Shown: in pieces, positions 45,000-54,542 of the stretch | Position numbering within the stretch: position 1 is the first letter of the stretch | How the letters are laid out: every line of letters starts with the position of its first letter | Origin: Armatimonadota bacterium | GTDB lineage: Bacteria; Armatimonadota; SYMT01 | Direction: 5' to 3' | Assembly: GCA_041690135.1 (NCBI GenBank) | Contig: JAWLHY010000012.1 | Location: forward strand, 221,428 to 285,427 | DNA: 64,000 bases | The notes under the pieces: model-generated | Database searches by the model: none | What the model saw: the letters and a program-made list of their open reading frames with translations, nothing else | Told to the model about the DNA's origin: nothing | Position numbers and translations under genes: made by a program

Positions 45000-45846
45000 A
45001 GGCCTCCGGGGACGGGAGGGAGGCCGGATCGGTCCGGGCCTGCTGGACGAATTCGTCGATGCACGGCGGGCAGCAGAACCGGTAGTTCTTTCCGCCCACG
45101 CTCCACGGGAACTCCGGGTTGGCCTTCGTGCGGGTGATGGGGCAGATGCGGTCTCCCGGCTGCGGCTGCGAGTCGTGCCGGACCGGTACGCCACGGTACT
45201 TCACGGACGGTGGCCGCGTGCCGTTCACCCGGATGTCGGCCGCGGTGTAGCCGCCCCCCGGCTGGGCATAGAGCCGTTCCTCCTCCTGCATGTCGCGGGC
45301 TTGCGGCATCGGCGTGGTGCTTGGCGCATTTGCCGCGGCCGGGTCCGGATGCGCGGCTCCTTCCTCCGCGTGGGTCTCCCCCAGGTCGAACCGCACCCGG
45401 TACCGGCGACCCTCGCTCGGCACCGAGGCGGTGAGGTGCGCCGGGTCTCCTCCCGGGGGCAGCTCGCCCTGGAAGAGGGAGGCGGTGCCCGGCGGATCTC
45501 CCGGCTGGGGAGCGGCGCGCAGGGTCAGAGGGATCGCCTCCTGGGAGCCCGCCAGCTCCACATGGGCGGCCAATTCCCTCTCCGGCAGGGGGCGCAGCTC
45601 GGTTTCATCTTCGCCGAGGATGAAGAGGCGCACGCCGCCGCCCCGCTCCAGCAGCAACTCGACGTGATGGCGGCCCGCCGGCTGGACTCGCCCGCCGTGG
45701 GCGCTGCGGTGCGCGTGCTCCCGGGTGGCATGGTCCGGCTTTCGCTCGCCCAGCAACCGCAGCCCGCCCGAAGCCAGCGCCGCCGCGGCGAAGAACACCG
45801 CCGGCAGAAACACAACGACACGGGTTGCACGGGAAGGTCCAGGCAT
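44986..45846 (-). CDS. Exported His-rich metal-binding protein with C-terminal YHS/TRASH-like domain
   Basis: HATREHAHRSAHGG..HHVEL; CPIT...YRFCCPPC; overlaps the ctaC start by 14 nt. Confidence 0.75.
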   Translation of the reverse strand: MPGPSRATRVVVFLPAVFFAAAALASGGLRLLGERKPDHATREHAHRSAHGGRVQPAGRHHVELLLERGGGVRLFILGEDETELRPLPERELAAHVELAGSQEAIPLTLRAAPQPGDPPGTASLFQGELPPGGDPAHLTASVPSEGRRYRVRFDLGETHAEEGAAHPDPAAANAPSTTPMPQARDMQEEERLYAQPGGGYTAADIRVNGTRPPSVKYRGVPVRHDSQPQPGDRICPITRTKANPEFPWSVGGKNYRFCCPPCIDEFVQQARTDPASLPSPEAYVQR

Positions 45847-46093
45847 GGGCAATCGCCCGATCGACACACGACCGGCTACTCGTGACATGTGCCCACACCC
45901 ACGGGGCCACAAACCCACGGGTCTGGATAAGGGTAAGGACGACGATGAGGATAAAGATTGCGATTAGGACTGTGGCTCGGATGAGGAGAGGAATTGGGAT
46001 AGGGAACGCGATTCGGAGAGGGATTGCGATTAGGATGGGGAGGGGTGGGGGAAAGGGTACCGCGGCACCCGCTACCGCGGCCGGCGACCTATC

Positions 46094-47218
46094 ATGGGCT
46101 TTCTCAATTACCAGGGCTACCCCGTCTGGTTGAACCTCATCATCTTCCTGGCGGCGGCCGTCTTCATCTGGTTCGCGGGGATCCGGCTGGAACGCTGCGC
46201 CGACACCCTGGCCGCCCGCACCGGTTTGGGGCAGGCCTTCACCGGCATGCTGCTGCTGGCCGGCGCCACCTCGCTGCCCGAGGTCGCCACCAGCATCACG
46301 GCGGCGCGCATTCCCAACCCCGAGCTGGCGGTAAACAACCTCCTGGGAAGCGTTCTGCTGCAGACGGTTGTCCTCGCTCTGGCGGATTGGTGGAAGCGGG
46401 ACCGGGGAGCGCTCACCTACTTCAGCCCGCATTACGTGCTGTTGATCGAAGGGGTGGGGCTGGTGTTGGTGTTGCAGGTGGCGCTGGCCGGCGCGGCCGC
46501 CCGCAGCCTGGCATCCATCTGGGGGATCGGGATGGATACCATTTTGATCCTCGTGGTGTACCTGCTGCTCATGTACCTCACCTACCGGGCGCAGCGAAAC
46601 CCGCGCTGGCAGCCCACGCCGCGCGATTCCCACCGGCCGGCTCTCCCGAAATCCCAGGAAACGGAGAGCTCCGGGGGCGAGGCGCTGGCCGAGCGGGACC
46701 CCGAAGGAGGCGATTGCCGGCGTCCCGACTGTCACCCCGGTCTGCCGCTGGCGCGGGTCTACGGCCAGTTCGCCGCGGCCGCTGGGATAGTGCTGGCGGC
46801 GGGGTGGACGGTCGCCCGGGCTGGAGATGCGCTGGCCACTCAAACTGGCCTGGGGTCCACTCTGGTCGGGGCGACGCTCCTGGCCTTCTCGACTTCGCTC
46901 CCGGAGATCAGCACCACGATAGCGGCGACCCGGCGCGGCAACTACAGCATGGCTTTCTCCAACATCTTTGGCAGCAACTCGTTTACGGTGGCGCTGCTGT
47001 TCGTGGCTGATGTCTTCTACCGGAAGGAGCCGATCCTCCGGCATACCAGTCCGTCGGTCCTCTTCCTGGCAGCCTGGGGCGGCGTCGTGACCTGCGTCTA
47101 TCTCTGGGGGCTGCTGGAACGCGAAGACCGTTCCGTCTTCGGTCGCATCGGTTGGGACTCCGCCGCCGTCGGGGTGCTCTACCTGATTGGCCTGGCGATC
47201 CTCTACGCCATCCAGTAA
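46094..47218 (+). CDS. Sodium:calcium antiporter (CaCA/YrbG family)
   Basis: Two alpha repeats, GATSLPE..NLLGS and FSTSLPE..NIFGSN. Confidence 0.9.
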   Translation: MGFLNYQGYPVWLNLIIFLAAAVFIWFAGIRLERCADTLAARTGLGQAFTGMLLLAGATSLPEVATSITAARIPNPELAVNNLLGSVLLQTVVLALADWWKRDRGALTYFSPHYVLLIEGVGLVLVLQVALAGAAARSLASIWGIGMDTILILVVYLLLMYLTYRAQRNPRWQPTPRDSHRPALPKSQETESSGGEALAERDPEGGDCRRPDCHPGLPLARVYGQFAAAAGIVLAAGWTVARAGDALATQTGLGSTLVGATLLAFSTSLPEISTTIAATRRGNYSMAFSNIFGSNSFTVALLFVADVFYRKEPILRHTSPSVLFLAAWGGVVTCVYLWGLLEREDRSVFGRIGWDSAAVGVLYLIGLAILYAIQ

Positions 47219-47234
47219 ACAGCCTCGGCCCTAC

Positions 47235-47400
47235 GTGGCGCGGGCGTCCCGCTCACTGTGGCGTGGGCGTCCCGCGCGCGACGGTAGCTGTTTTGCACCA
47301 GCACCACGAAGTGCGTTGCCACCGTGGCGCGGGCGTCCCGCCCGCAACGGTACCCGTCTTGCACCAGCAGCGTCCCGCCCGCGACGGTACCCGTTGTGCC
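47235..47400. repeat. Tandem GTGG/GTAG-type REP-like repeats
   Basis: GTGGCGCGGGCGTCCCGC(C)CGC occurs 3-4 times; a reverse-complement copy lies near 51975. Confidence 0.7.
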
Positions 47401-47466
47401 TCGCTTCTCTCCGTGGTTTCCTCCAAGTCGCTTATCGGGGAGAAACCTCCGGGAGTACGCACCGGA

Positions 47467-47910
47467 ATGGATCACCTGCTTGCCCGAGACCTGATGACCG
47501 AGAAACCGTTCGTGGCCACGCCCGACGTGACCCTGAACGAGCTGGCCTACCACATGCTCCAGTACGACTGCGGGGCCATCCCCATTGTCGATGATCTGGA
47601 AGAGAAGCATCTCGTCGGGATCATCACCGACCGGGACATCATCGCTCGGGCGGTTTCCCAGGACCAGAACCCGATGGAAGTGCGTGCCGAGGATGTTCTC
47701 TCCTCCCGGGTCTATACCGTGCACCCGGACACGCCCCTACCGGAACTACTGGAACTGTTCCGCGCGCACAAGTTCCGCCGCGTGCCGATCGTCGACGCGC
47801 AGAACCGCGTGGTCGGCATTCTCACCCTCACCGACCTGGTCCGCCGCACGCCCGAAGCCGTGCGCCCCGCCGTGGACCGCACCCTCCGCGAAGTGGTCGC
47901 CGCCCCCTGA
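47467..47910 (+). CDS. CBS-domain pair protein
   Basis: DCGAIPIVD..LVGIITDRDI and RRVPIVD..VVGILTLTDL. Confidence 0.9.
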   Translation: MDHLLARDLMTEKPFVATPDVTLNELAYHMLQYDCGAIPIVDDLEEKHLVGIITDRDIIARAVSQDQNPMEVRAEDVLSSRVYTVHPDTPLPELLELFRAHKFRRVPIVDAQNRVVGILTLTDLVRRTPEAVRPAVDRTLREVVAAP

Positions 47911-48357
47911 CCCGGGCCTGCGGCCGATGAGGATGATGATAAAGATGAAGATAATGAGGATGATGGGTGCGGTGGCGGTGGCAGGATGGGGGTTCAAAAG
48001 TGGTCGAACCGGCCACTTACTCTTACTCTTACTCTTACTCCCACGCTCCACTCCCCCTGCCCCTGCCCCCGCCCCTACTCCTGCCGGAGTCTCGCCGTCC
48101 ATATCCTAATCGTAATCCTCGTCCTCATCGGCCGCAGGCTACTTCATCCTTCTGCCCCCAGCCCCTAGCCCCCAGCCCCCCAGCCCCTAACTCTCCGAAC
48201 AGTTTCTCGCACGACCGTGCACGCGAAAGTGGGCCGGGCGCATAAGGGGCTATGGCCCAACGGTGTGGCCGGTTTGCCGCCGTGGGCCTAACACTTCACT
48301 CGCCCGCTTTCCAGGGGCACGACCGCGGTTTTTCCCGCACCGGAGGACGACCGTACG

Positions 48358-49032
48358 ATGGTGCTCGCTTCCCCCCGCCCAGCCATCGCTTTTCGCCCGG
48401 TTCATGGTGGGCAGGTCGCAGAGTACGACTCCCAGTGTTATCCGTTCGCCCAGGAGGTCGCCCGGCTGCTCGGCGTGGAGGACCTCTCCAGCCTGCACGA
48501 GGACTGCTCCTACGAGCGCCTGAAAGTGGGAACGGATCAGCAGACGACGTGGCATCGCCGGTTCTACACCGGTTTCGAGGAGTTGCAGCCGCTCTTCCGG
48601 CGCTTTGTGAGGGAGCAGCTCCGCCCGCTCTTCGGTGAGGCACTGGTTTATCAGCGTGTACCCACGCTCCGGGTGCATCTCCCGGGCAACGTGGGCGTGG
48701 GCGAGTTCCACGAGGACGGAAAGTACAACCACCCGGATGGCGAGCTGAACTTCCTGCTGCCATTGACGGAAGCGGTCGAAACCTCCACCGTATGGATCGA
48801 ATCGGCGGTGGGCCGGCGCGATTACCGGCCGGTGAACCTTCAGTATGGTGAGTTGTTCGCCTTCGACGGGCGCAACTACCGGCATGGCAACCTGCCGAAC
48901 GAAACGGGCAAGACCCGCGTTTCGTTCGACTTTCGCATCGTGCCGTTCTCACGCTACCGCCCCGCGGAGGCCGCCACCATCAACACCGGACTGCGGTTCG
49001 CGCTCGGCGGCTATTACGAGAGGTGCGAATAG
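48358..49032 (+). CDS. 2OG-Fe(II) oxygenase-fold protein, StrG-like
   Basis: QRVPTLRVHLP, HED (HxD), HGN and TRVSFDFR motifs. Confidence 0.7.
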   Translation: MVLASPRPAIAFRPVHGGQVAEYDSQCYPFAQEVARLLGVEDLSSLHEDCSYERLKVGTDQQTTWHRRFYTGFEELQPLFRRFVREQLRPLFGEALVYQRVPTLRVHLPGNVGVGEFHEDGKYNHPDGELNFLLPLTEAVETSTVWIESAVGRRDYRPVNLQYGELFAFDGRNYRHGNLPNETGKTRVSFDFRIVPFSRYRPAEAATINTGLRFALGGYYERCE

Positions 49033-49139
49033 CACCCTTGCGGGTTTCGGATCACCGAGGACGGGATAAACTGCGAAAAGCCAACGCTCTCACCGGCTCC
49101 CCGGCGTGATTACACCGCCGCCGGGGAGTCTAAGCCATC

Positions 49140-50354
49140 GTGAGTTCAACCTCCCCTTTGAGACAGGATGTCCCGTCGCAGGAGCCATCGCGTTCACGGG
49201 GATATTCCCCCTTCGCGATGCGCGACCCGGTTGCGCCCGCGGGAATCGGTACTGGAGTCGGTCCGGGTCGCTGGCTGCCGCAGGTGCTGGCGCTGCTGAT
49301 CGCGGCCCTGATCGCCGACTACGGCACCGGCCCCTTCGTCAACGCGGCCGCGTTCTATGTCTTCCCCGTAGCCCTGGCCGGCTGGAACGGCGGTGGTCGC
49401 GTCGGGGCAGTGGTCGCGGCCATCGCCACGGGCGTCAACGCGCTCACCGAGTGGAGCCATCCGTCGCATCCGATACCGGAAGTGGCTATTGCCGCGAGCG
49501 CGGTGTTGCGGGGGATGGTCCTGGTAGTCGTCGGGATGCTGTCGGCTTTCGTCGCGCGGCAGCAAAAGCTGATCCTGGAGCAGCGGGACCAGTTGGCCGG
49601 GCTGTACCGCCGCCTGGAGGGTGAGATGCAGGCCACCCGCACCATCCAGGACCTGCTGATGCTCCCTCCGCCGTCGCACCCCGCTTACGAGGCGGCGGTG
49701 ACCGTGCAGCCCGCGCGCATCCTGGGCGGTGACGTGGCGGCCCTGTTCTTCAACGCGGACGGGCGGCTAGCCGTGCTGGTAGCCGACGTCTCCGGCAAGG
49801 GCGGCCCGGCGGCGCTGGCGGGGGCCGTGTTGATCGGCCTGCTGGACCATGCCCCCGAGCGGAGCACTTCCCCGGCGGAGACCCTCCGGTATCTCAATAC
49901 GCGGCTGGTCGAGCGGCTCCCGGACGAGATGTTCGTCACGCTCTTCTACGGCCTGCTGGACCTGACCCGGGGAGAGTTGACCTACGCCAGTGCCGGGCAC
50001 GAGGAGAGTTTCCTGGTGCGGGCCTCGGGAGAAGTCGAGATGTTGACGAGCACTGGTATGGTGCTCGGGGTCCTCGACGATTCCGGCGTGGACGAAGCCC
50101 ACGTTTCCCTCCGGCCCGGAGATCTCTTCTTCGCCTTTACGGACGGAGCCACGGACGTGCGCGTAAGTGAAACCGACCGCCTGGGAATGGAAGGGCTCCG
50201 GCAGGCGGTGCTCCGGCACGCGCAACTCCCTTGCGAAGCGCTACTGGATGAACTTCGGCGGACCGTGTTCTCCGACCCGGCTCAGGCGGCGGACGACATC
50301 ACGCTTCTGGCCGTGCGTTACGCGGGACCGGAACCCGGGTCGGGCCCCGCGTAA
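49140..50354 (+). CDS. Membrane-bound PP2C/SpoIIE-family phosphatase
   Basis: N-terminal TM helices; GGD, ADVSGKG, SAGH, FTDG and DDITLL motifs. An alternative ATG is at 49218. Confidence 0.9.
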   Translation: MSSTSPLRQDVPSQEPSRSRGYSPFAMRDPVAPAGIGTGVGPGRWLPQVLALLIAALIADYGTGPFVNAAAFYVFPVALAGWNGGGRVGAVVAAIATGVNALTEWSHPSHPIPEVAIAASAVLRGMVLVVVGMLSAFVARQQKLILEQRDQLAGLYRRLEGEMQATRTIQDLLMLPPPSHPAYEAAVTVQPARILGGDVAALFFNADGRLAVLVADVSGKGGPAALAGAVLIGLLDHAPERSTSPAETLRYLNTRLVERLPDEMFVTLFYGLLDLTRGELTYASAGHEESFLVRASGEVEMLTSTGMVLGVLDDSGVDEAHVSLRPGDLFFAFTDGATDVRVSETDRLGMEGLRQAVLRHAQLPCEALLDELRRTVFSDPAQAADDITLLAVRYAGPEPGSGPA

Positions 50355-50362
50355 CGCACGGC

Positions 50363-51595
50363 TCAATGGCCGTCCCGGGGGCGCATCGGCGCGTCTCCCA
50401 GTTCGGAGGAGAACGACTCTTCGATCTCCACCACGCCCTCCGGCTCCAGCGCGGTGGTGCCGGCGAGCGGGCGGAAGGCCCGAATAATCGCCGGCGGCGC
50501 GAGCATGGTGGTGGCTACGGCCATGAAGAGAACCACCGCGTAAAGGTCCGCGGTCAGCACGCCCAGACCGACCCCCAATTGCGCGACCACGATCCCGACC
50601 TCCCCTCGCGGGACCATGCCCCAGCCCACCTGAAACGCGAGGTTGCGGCCCGTGCGGAGCAGGGGCAGCCCGCAGCCCGCCAGCTTCCCGATCACGGCCA
50701 GCAGGGTGATGACCCCGCACATCAGCAACACCTCCGGCTTTGCGAGGCTGGACAGCTCGAGCTGCATGCCGATGGAAACCAGGAAGAACGGCAGCAGGAA
50801 CTCCGTGAGGTTCTCGATGCGGTGATGGAGGCCCGTCTCCTCCGAGAGCTCGGCCATGGCCGACCCGGCCAGGAATGCCCCGATGATGGCCGCCACGCCC
50901 ACCCAGCCGGCCACCACGGCAAAGAAGAGGCAGAGCCCCACGGCCCACAGGTACAGGGCATGCCCGATGCGCAGTCGCTCGACTAGCGGTCGCGCCCGTC
51001 CGATCGCCCGGCCGCCGAACGCCAGCATCAGCACCACGAACAGGAGCGAAGTGACGATGGTGGTGCCGATCTCGGTCAGGTTAACGCCACCCGGCCGGGC
51101 AAAACCGCTGACGATGGCCAGGGCCAGGAGCCCGAGGATGTCGTCCAGAATGGCCGCGCCCAGGATGATGCGACTGGGCTGCGCGTTCAGCAGCCCGAGC
51201 CGAGCCAGAACCCGTGCGGTGATCCCCACGCTGGTGGCCACCATCGCCACCCCCACGAAGAGCGCCACGATTTGCGACTGGCCGAAGAACAACATCGTCC
51301 CGTAGCCCAGCAGGAGGGGGACAACCACCCCGCCCAGCGCGGCGCTCAGGGCCGGCGCTCCCACCCGGCGCAGTTCCGACGGCCGGGTTTCCAGGCCCAC
51401 CGTGAAGAGCAGGAACAGCACGCCCAGCTCCGCGAGTACCGTGAGGATCTCGCTGGGGTGGACCCATCCCAGCACCTGCGGCCCGATCAGTACCCCCGCC
51501 AGGATCTCTCCCACCACGGCCGGCTGTCCCAGTCGCTCGAACAACTCGGCCGCGATCTTGGCCGCGGCGAAGATCATCAGCAACTGGAGGAGCAC
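50363..51595 (-). CDS. Cation:proton antiporter (CPA2); possible true start at ATA 51667
   Basis: QPAVVGEILAG, ATSVGIT, AAILDD and GMVPRGEVG motifs. Confidence 0.92.
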   Translation of the reverse strand: MLLQLLMIFAAAKIAAELFERLGQPAVVGEILAGVLIGPQVLGWVHPSEILTVLAELGVLFLLFTVGLETRPSELRRVGAPALSAALGGVVVPLLLGYGTMLFFGQSQIVALFVGVAMVATSVGITARVLARLGLLNAQPSRIILGAAILDDILGLLALAIVSGFARPGGVNLTEIGTTIVTSLLFVVLMLAFGGRAIGRARPLVERLRIGHALYLWAVGLCLFFAVVAGWVGVAAIIGAFLAGSAMAELSEETGLHHRIENLTEFLLPFFLVSIGMQLELSSLAKPEVLLMCGVITLLAVIGKLAGCGLPLLRTGRNLAFQVGWGMVPRGEVGIVVAQLGVGLGVLTADLYAVVLFMAVATTMLAPPAIIRAFRPLAGTTALEPEGVVEIEESFSSELGDAPMRPRDGH

Positions 51596-51782
51596 GGCTC
51601 CCAGATCGTGCGTGCCGGCATCGGCGCCGGCGGCGGCTATGGCAACTAAACAGGCGGCGGTAAGTATGGCGGTCTCCTTCCCGAGTGCAATGTCCGGGCG
51701 TCAATCGCAACCATGTTAGCCCAGGATGGTGGCAAGCCGCCAAGCACGGGAGAGGGGAGGGTGGAGAGGGGAGGGAAGGGTC

Positions 51783-51944
51783 GATGACGATCACGATCAC
51801 GATGACGATCACGATGACGATCACGATCACGATGACGATCACGATCACGATCACGATCACGATCACGATCACGATCACGATCACGATGACGATCACGATC
51901 ACGATCACGATCACGATGACGATCGCGATCACGAATGCGATCAC
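51783..51944. repeat. Hexamer microsatellite (GATCAC/GATGAC) x ~27
   Basis: Read directly from the sequence; about 20 GATC sites in 162 bp. Confidence 0.95.
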
Positions 51945-52105
51945 GAGCTCCTGGCGATCAACCCCGGCTCGGGTGGGCGGGACGCCCGCGCTCCTATCTT
52001 GCGGTGTACCCGCCCGGGCCTAAGCACAATATGCGCACAATACACAAAAACCCCCTGGTCGCTTGCTACACAGAATTACACAGAATTCCGTCGCGAGGGC
52101 TGTGC

Positions 52106-54082
52106 CTATTCCCGGAGACGGTCTGGGTGCGTTTCGGCCCGGGCGTGAAAGACGTCGGGATTCACCTGATAGACGGGACTGGCGGGCCGACCCGCCCGTA
52201 CCTCCCGCTGCGTTTCCCGCGGCCGCACGTAGGCATGCTGCTCCAGCAGACGCAGCGCGGGATCGAGCCCCTCTACCCGGCGAAAACGGCCGCGAGCCCA
52301 GGTGAAGAGGTCGCGCCGGGTAAACTGCCGGGCATCCCGACGGCGGATGACCTCCAGCAGGTAGCGCGCGTCGTCCAGGTCCGGGTCGGCGCCCATTTCC
52401 TGGAAGGCCGCCCGTGCATGCGGGATCAGGTACCGGCCCAGGGTTACCGCACGCTCCATGGCGTCCGGTCCTACGGGGAACGGAAGGGTCTCGGGGTTTC
52501 CGGAGTGCTCCACCAGGTGCAGCAGGCCGGCGATCCGTACGATGGCGCCTGCCAGCTTCCCGGCCCAGTCCGCGATGGGGCGCAGGTTGCCGTGGGGACC
52601 GAGCTCCGGCTCGAGCCACTCGGCGAAAGCGTAGAGCCGGGCCCGCGCTTCCGGATCCAGGGTGAGGGTTTCCGGCTCCGGGCCGGTACCGGCCCGGCGC
52701 AGATCCGGCGGCCCGAGCAGGGTCAGCAACCGCTGCCCATAGGCGGACCGCACCCCGGCGGGCATCTCCGGGGTCTGCGTTTTCCGCGCTCCCATCCGGG
52801 AAGGCGGGAGGGCGTAGAGGAACCGGCCCAGGAGGCCGCGACCCCGGAAGCCCGGGCGGTCCGTCAGGCCGCGCAGCACGTCCGGCTGCAGCGCCAGGCC
52901 CAGGGTGAGCGCCGGCCGGGGCACGTACTCCGCAGGCCGGCCCACGCGATCCACGCGCAGCGGGTCTCCGGCGTGACCCTTGAGAAAGACCTCGAAGTTC
53001 GGCAGTCCTCCCGCGGCGTAACGCCCGGCCATCAGGTCGAACACCCCGCCTTCCGGGGAGAGGACCGCCATCCGGCCATCCTGTTCTCGCAGCAGGGAGG
53101 CCAGCCGCTCCGGGCTGGTGTCGTCCACCAGTAACCGGGGCAGGGTGGGGAGCTGCTTCGCGGCGATTTCGCGCGCCAGCGCCGCCGCTTCCGCTTCCAG
53201 CGCCGCCCGGTCGGCACCCAGCGCTCGCGCGGCGGCCTGCTGCGTCCTCTGGAGACGGACTTCCAGGATTTTCAGTTCCGACTGCGCCGCGGCCACGGCG
53301 GGGACTCCCCGGCGCGCCGCCTCGGCCTCCCACGCTTCCAGCGGCGCGGTTACGTGGGCGAACACGGCGCTTTTCCGTTCTCCCGGTGGCAGGCTTACAG
53401 CGATGAAGAGGTTCAACGGCTCCACCCAGTCGTCCCGTACTTCCAGCTCATAGCGGCCGGCACATGCCGTGGCCACCGCCGCCAGCAGCAGCATGCCGCT
53501 CAAGTCCGGCGGAGTCTGGGTGGAGGCCGCCTCCGCCGTGACCCACGCCGCCAACGGCTCCGGGAGCGCTTCGACCGGGAAATCCGGGAGGGGGTGCTCG
53601 TGGAACGGGAGGGGAGTTTCCCAGGCCTGTTCCCGGTGCGCCGGACGGGCGCGGCGGAAATACTCCCCGGGATCGGAGTAGAAGCCGTCGTTCTCGTCCA
53701 GGTCGAGATCGTCGTCCTCCTCCGCCTCACTCTCCGGGGCGGTGGCCTCCGGCTCCAGGCCGTCACCGTTCCAGCCGCGGAGGTAGGCCGCCACCGGATC
53801 CCGCCCCGGGGCGGAGCCATGGATCCCCCGGGAGGCCTCCGCCAGGCTCATCCCCACGGCGCCGAGCACTTCCTCCTGCCGGCAGCCGGACCGGCAGTAA
53901 AGCCAGGGGCTGTGCCGGAACACGCGGATTTCCAGGGTCTCCCCCTGCCGGTGACGGGGACAGGTGGCCTGCCAGACCTGCCGCCCCACGGGCACCACGT
54001 TCTCCAGGCGCGAGAGGAGAAGCTGCAGCCCCTCCGGCAACGGCTCGGCGGAATCGTGCATCGAGTGCGGTGTCTCGGACAT
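52106..54082 (-). CDS. DUF3987/YfjI-family protein with N-terminal primase-type Zn finger
   Basis: CPRH...YCRSGC Zn finger; acidic linker; FPVEALP, PPGERKSA, DDTSPE, SPEGG, VDRVGR and GLLGRFL motifs. Confidence 0.8.
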   Translation of the reverse strand: MSETPHSMHDSAEPLPEGLQLLLSRLENVVPVGRQVWQATCPRHRQGETLEIRVFRHSPWLYCRSGCRQEEVLGAVGMSLAEASRGIHGSAPGRDPVAAYLRGWNGDGLEPEATAPESEAEEDDDLDLDENDGFYSDPGEYFRRARPAHREQAWETPLPFHEHPLPDFPVEALPEPLAAWVTAEAASTQTPPDLSGMLLLAAVATACAGRYELEVRDDWVEPLNLFIAVSLPPGERKSAVFAHVTAPLEAWEAEAARRGVPAVAAAQSELKILEVRLQRTQQAAARALGADRAALEAEAAALAREIAAKQLPTLPRLLVDDTSPERLASLLREQDGRMAVLSPEGGVFDLMAGRYAAGGLPNFEVFLKGHAGDPLRVDRVGRPAEYVPRPALTLGLALQPDVLRGLTDRPGFRGRGLLGRFLYALPPSRMGARKTQTPEMPAGVRSAYGQRLLTLLGPPDLRRAGTGPEPETLTLDPEARARLYAFAEWLEPELGPHGNLRPIADWAGKLAGAIVRIAGLLHLVEHSGNPETLPFPVGPDAMERAVTLGRYLIPHARAAFQEMGADPDLDDARYLLEVIRRRDARQFTRRDLFTWARGRFRRVEGLDPALRLLEQHAYVRPRETQREVRAGRPASPVYQVNPDVFHARAETHPDRLRE

Positions 54083-54159
54083 CTCTCCCCTCCATCCTCC
54101 AGGCGAGCGGCAACGGCGGGCGGGATGGCCTCCGGGTCCCTCGCGCGGCTGCGATGGAT

Positions 54160-54209
54160 AGCAAATTTATGTTTGCTGGTAGTATATCTATTGTTCTGCA
54201 GGACGGCAA
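54160..54209 (-). promoter_or_regulatory. Sigma70 promoter of the DUF3987 gene with a palindromic operator
   Basis: Minus strand TTGCCG-N17-TATACT (54209-54181), then AGCAAACATAAATTTGCT (54177-54160) over the expected start site. Confidence 0.65.
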
Positions 54210-54542
54210 GGGGCAAGTGGGTCGTCTGCCCACCTGCCTGAATGTTTACCACCCGAGGGGTGGCCCACTACCCGAACCTTAGTCCCCACCGAGGGGTGGC
54301 CCATGCCCGGACGTTTACCCCCACCGGCGGCCGGAACACCCGAATACCTGACCACCTGACCACCGCCCACCCCTTCGCGCCAATTAGCCCCATTCGCGGA
54401 TCGTCCCAAGCCTGACCGCCCGGGCGGACCGGTTCAAAAATTCTTTTGCGGAGTACCAACAAAACGACCGGATCGCGGGATCTAACAGAGCAGAACAGGA
54501 CCCGGCTTGCTGTTTAAGCCATCGGACGTCAAGGGAGCGACG

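Noticed and set aside
51726-52148. Poly-Asp/His ORF as a metal-storage protein, and the antisense poly-IV ORF 51081-51944
   Set aside because: Both are by-products of the hexamer tract. There is no properly spaced SD, and similar tracts are non-coding elsewhere in the window.
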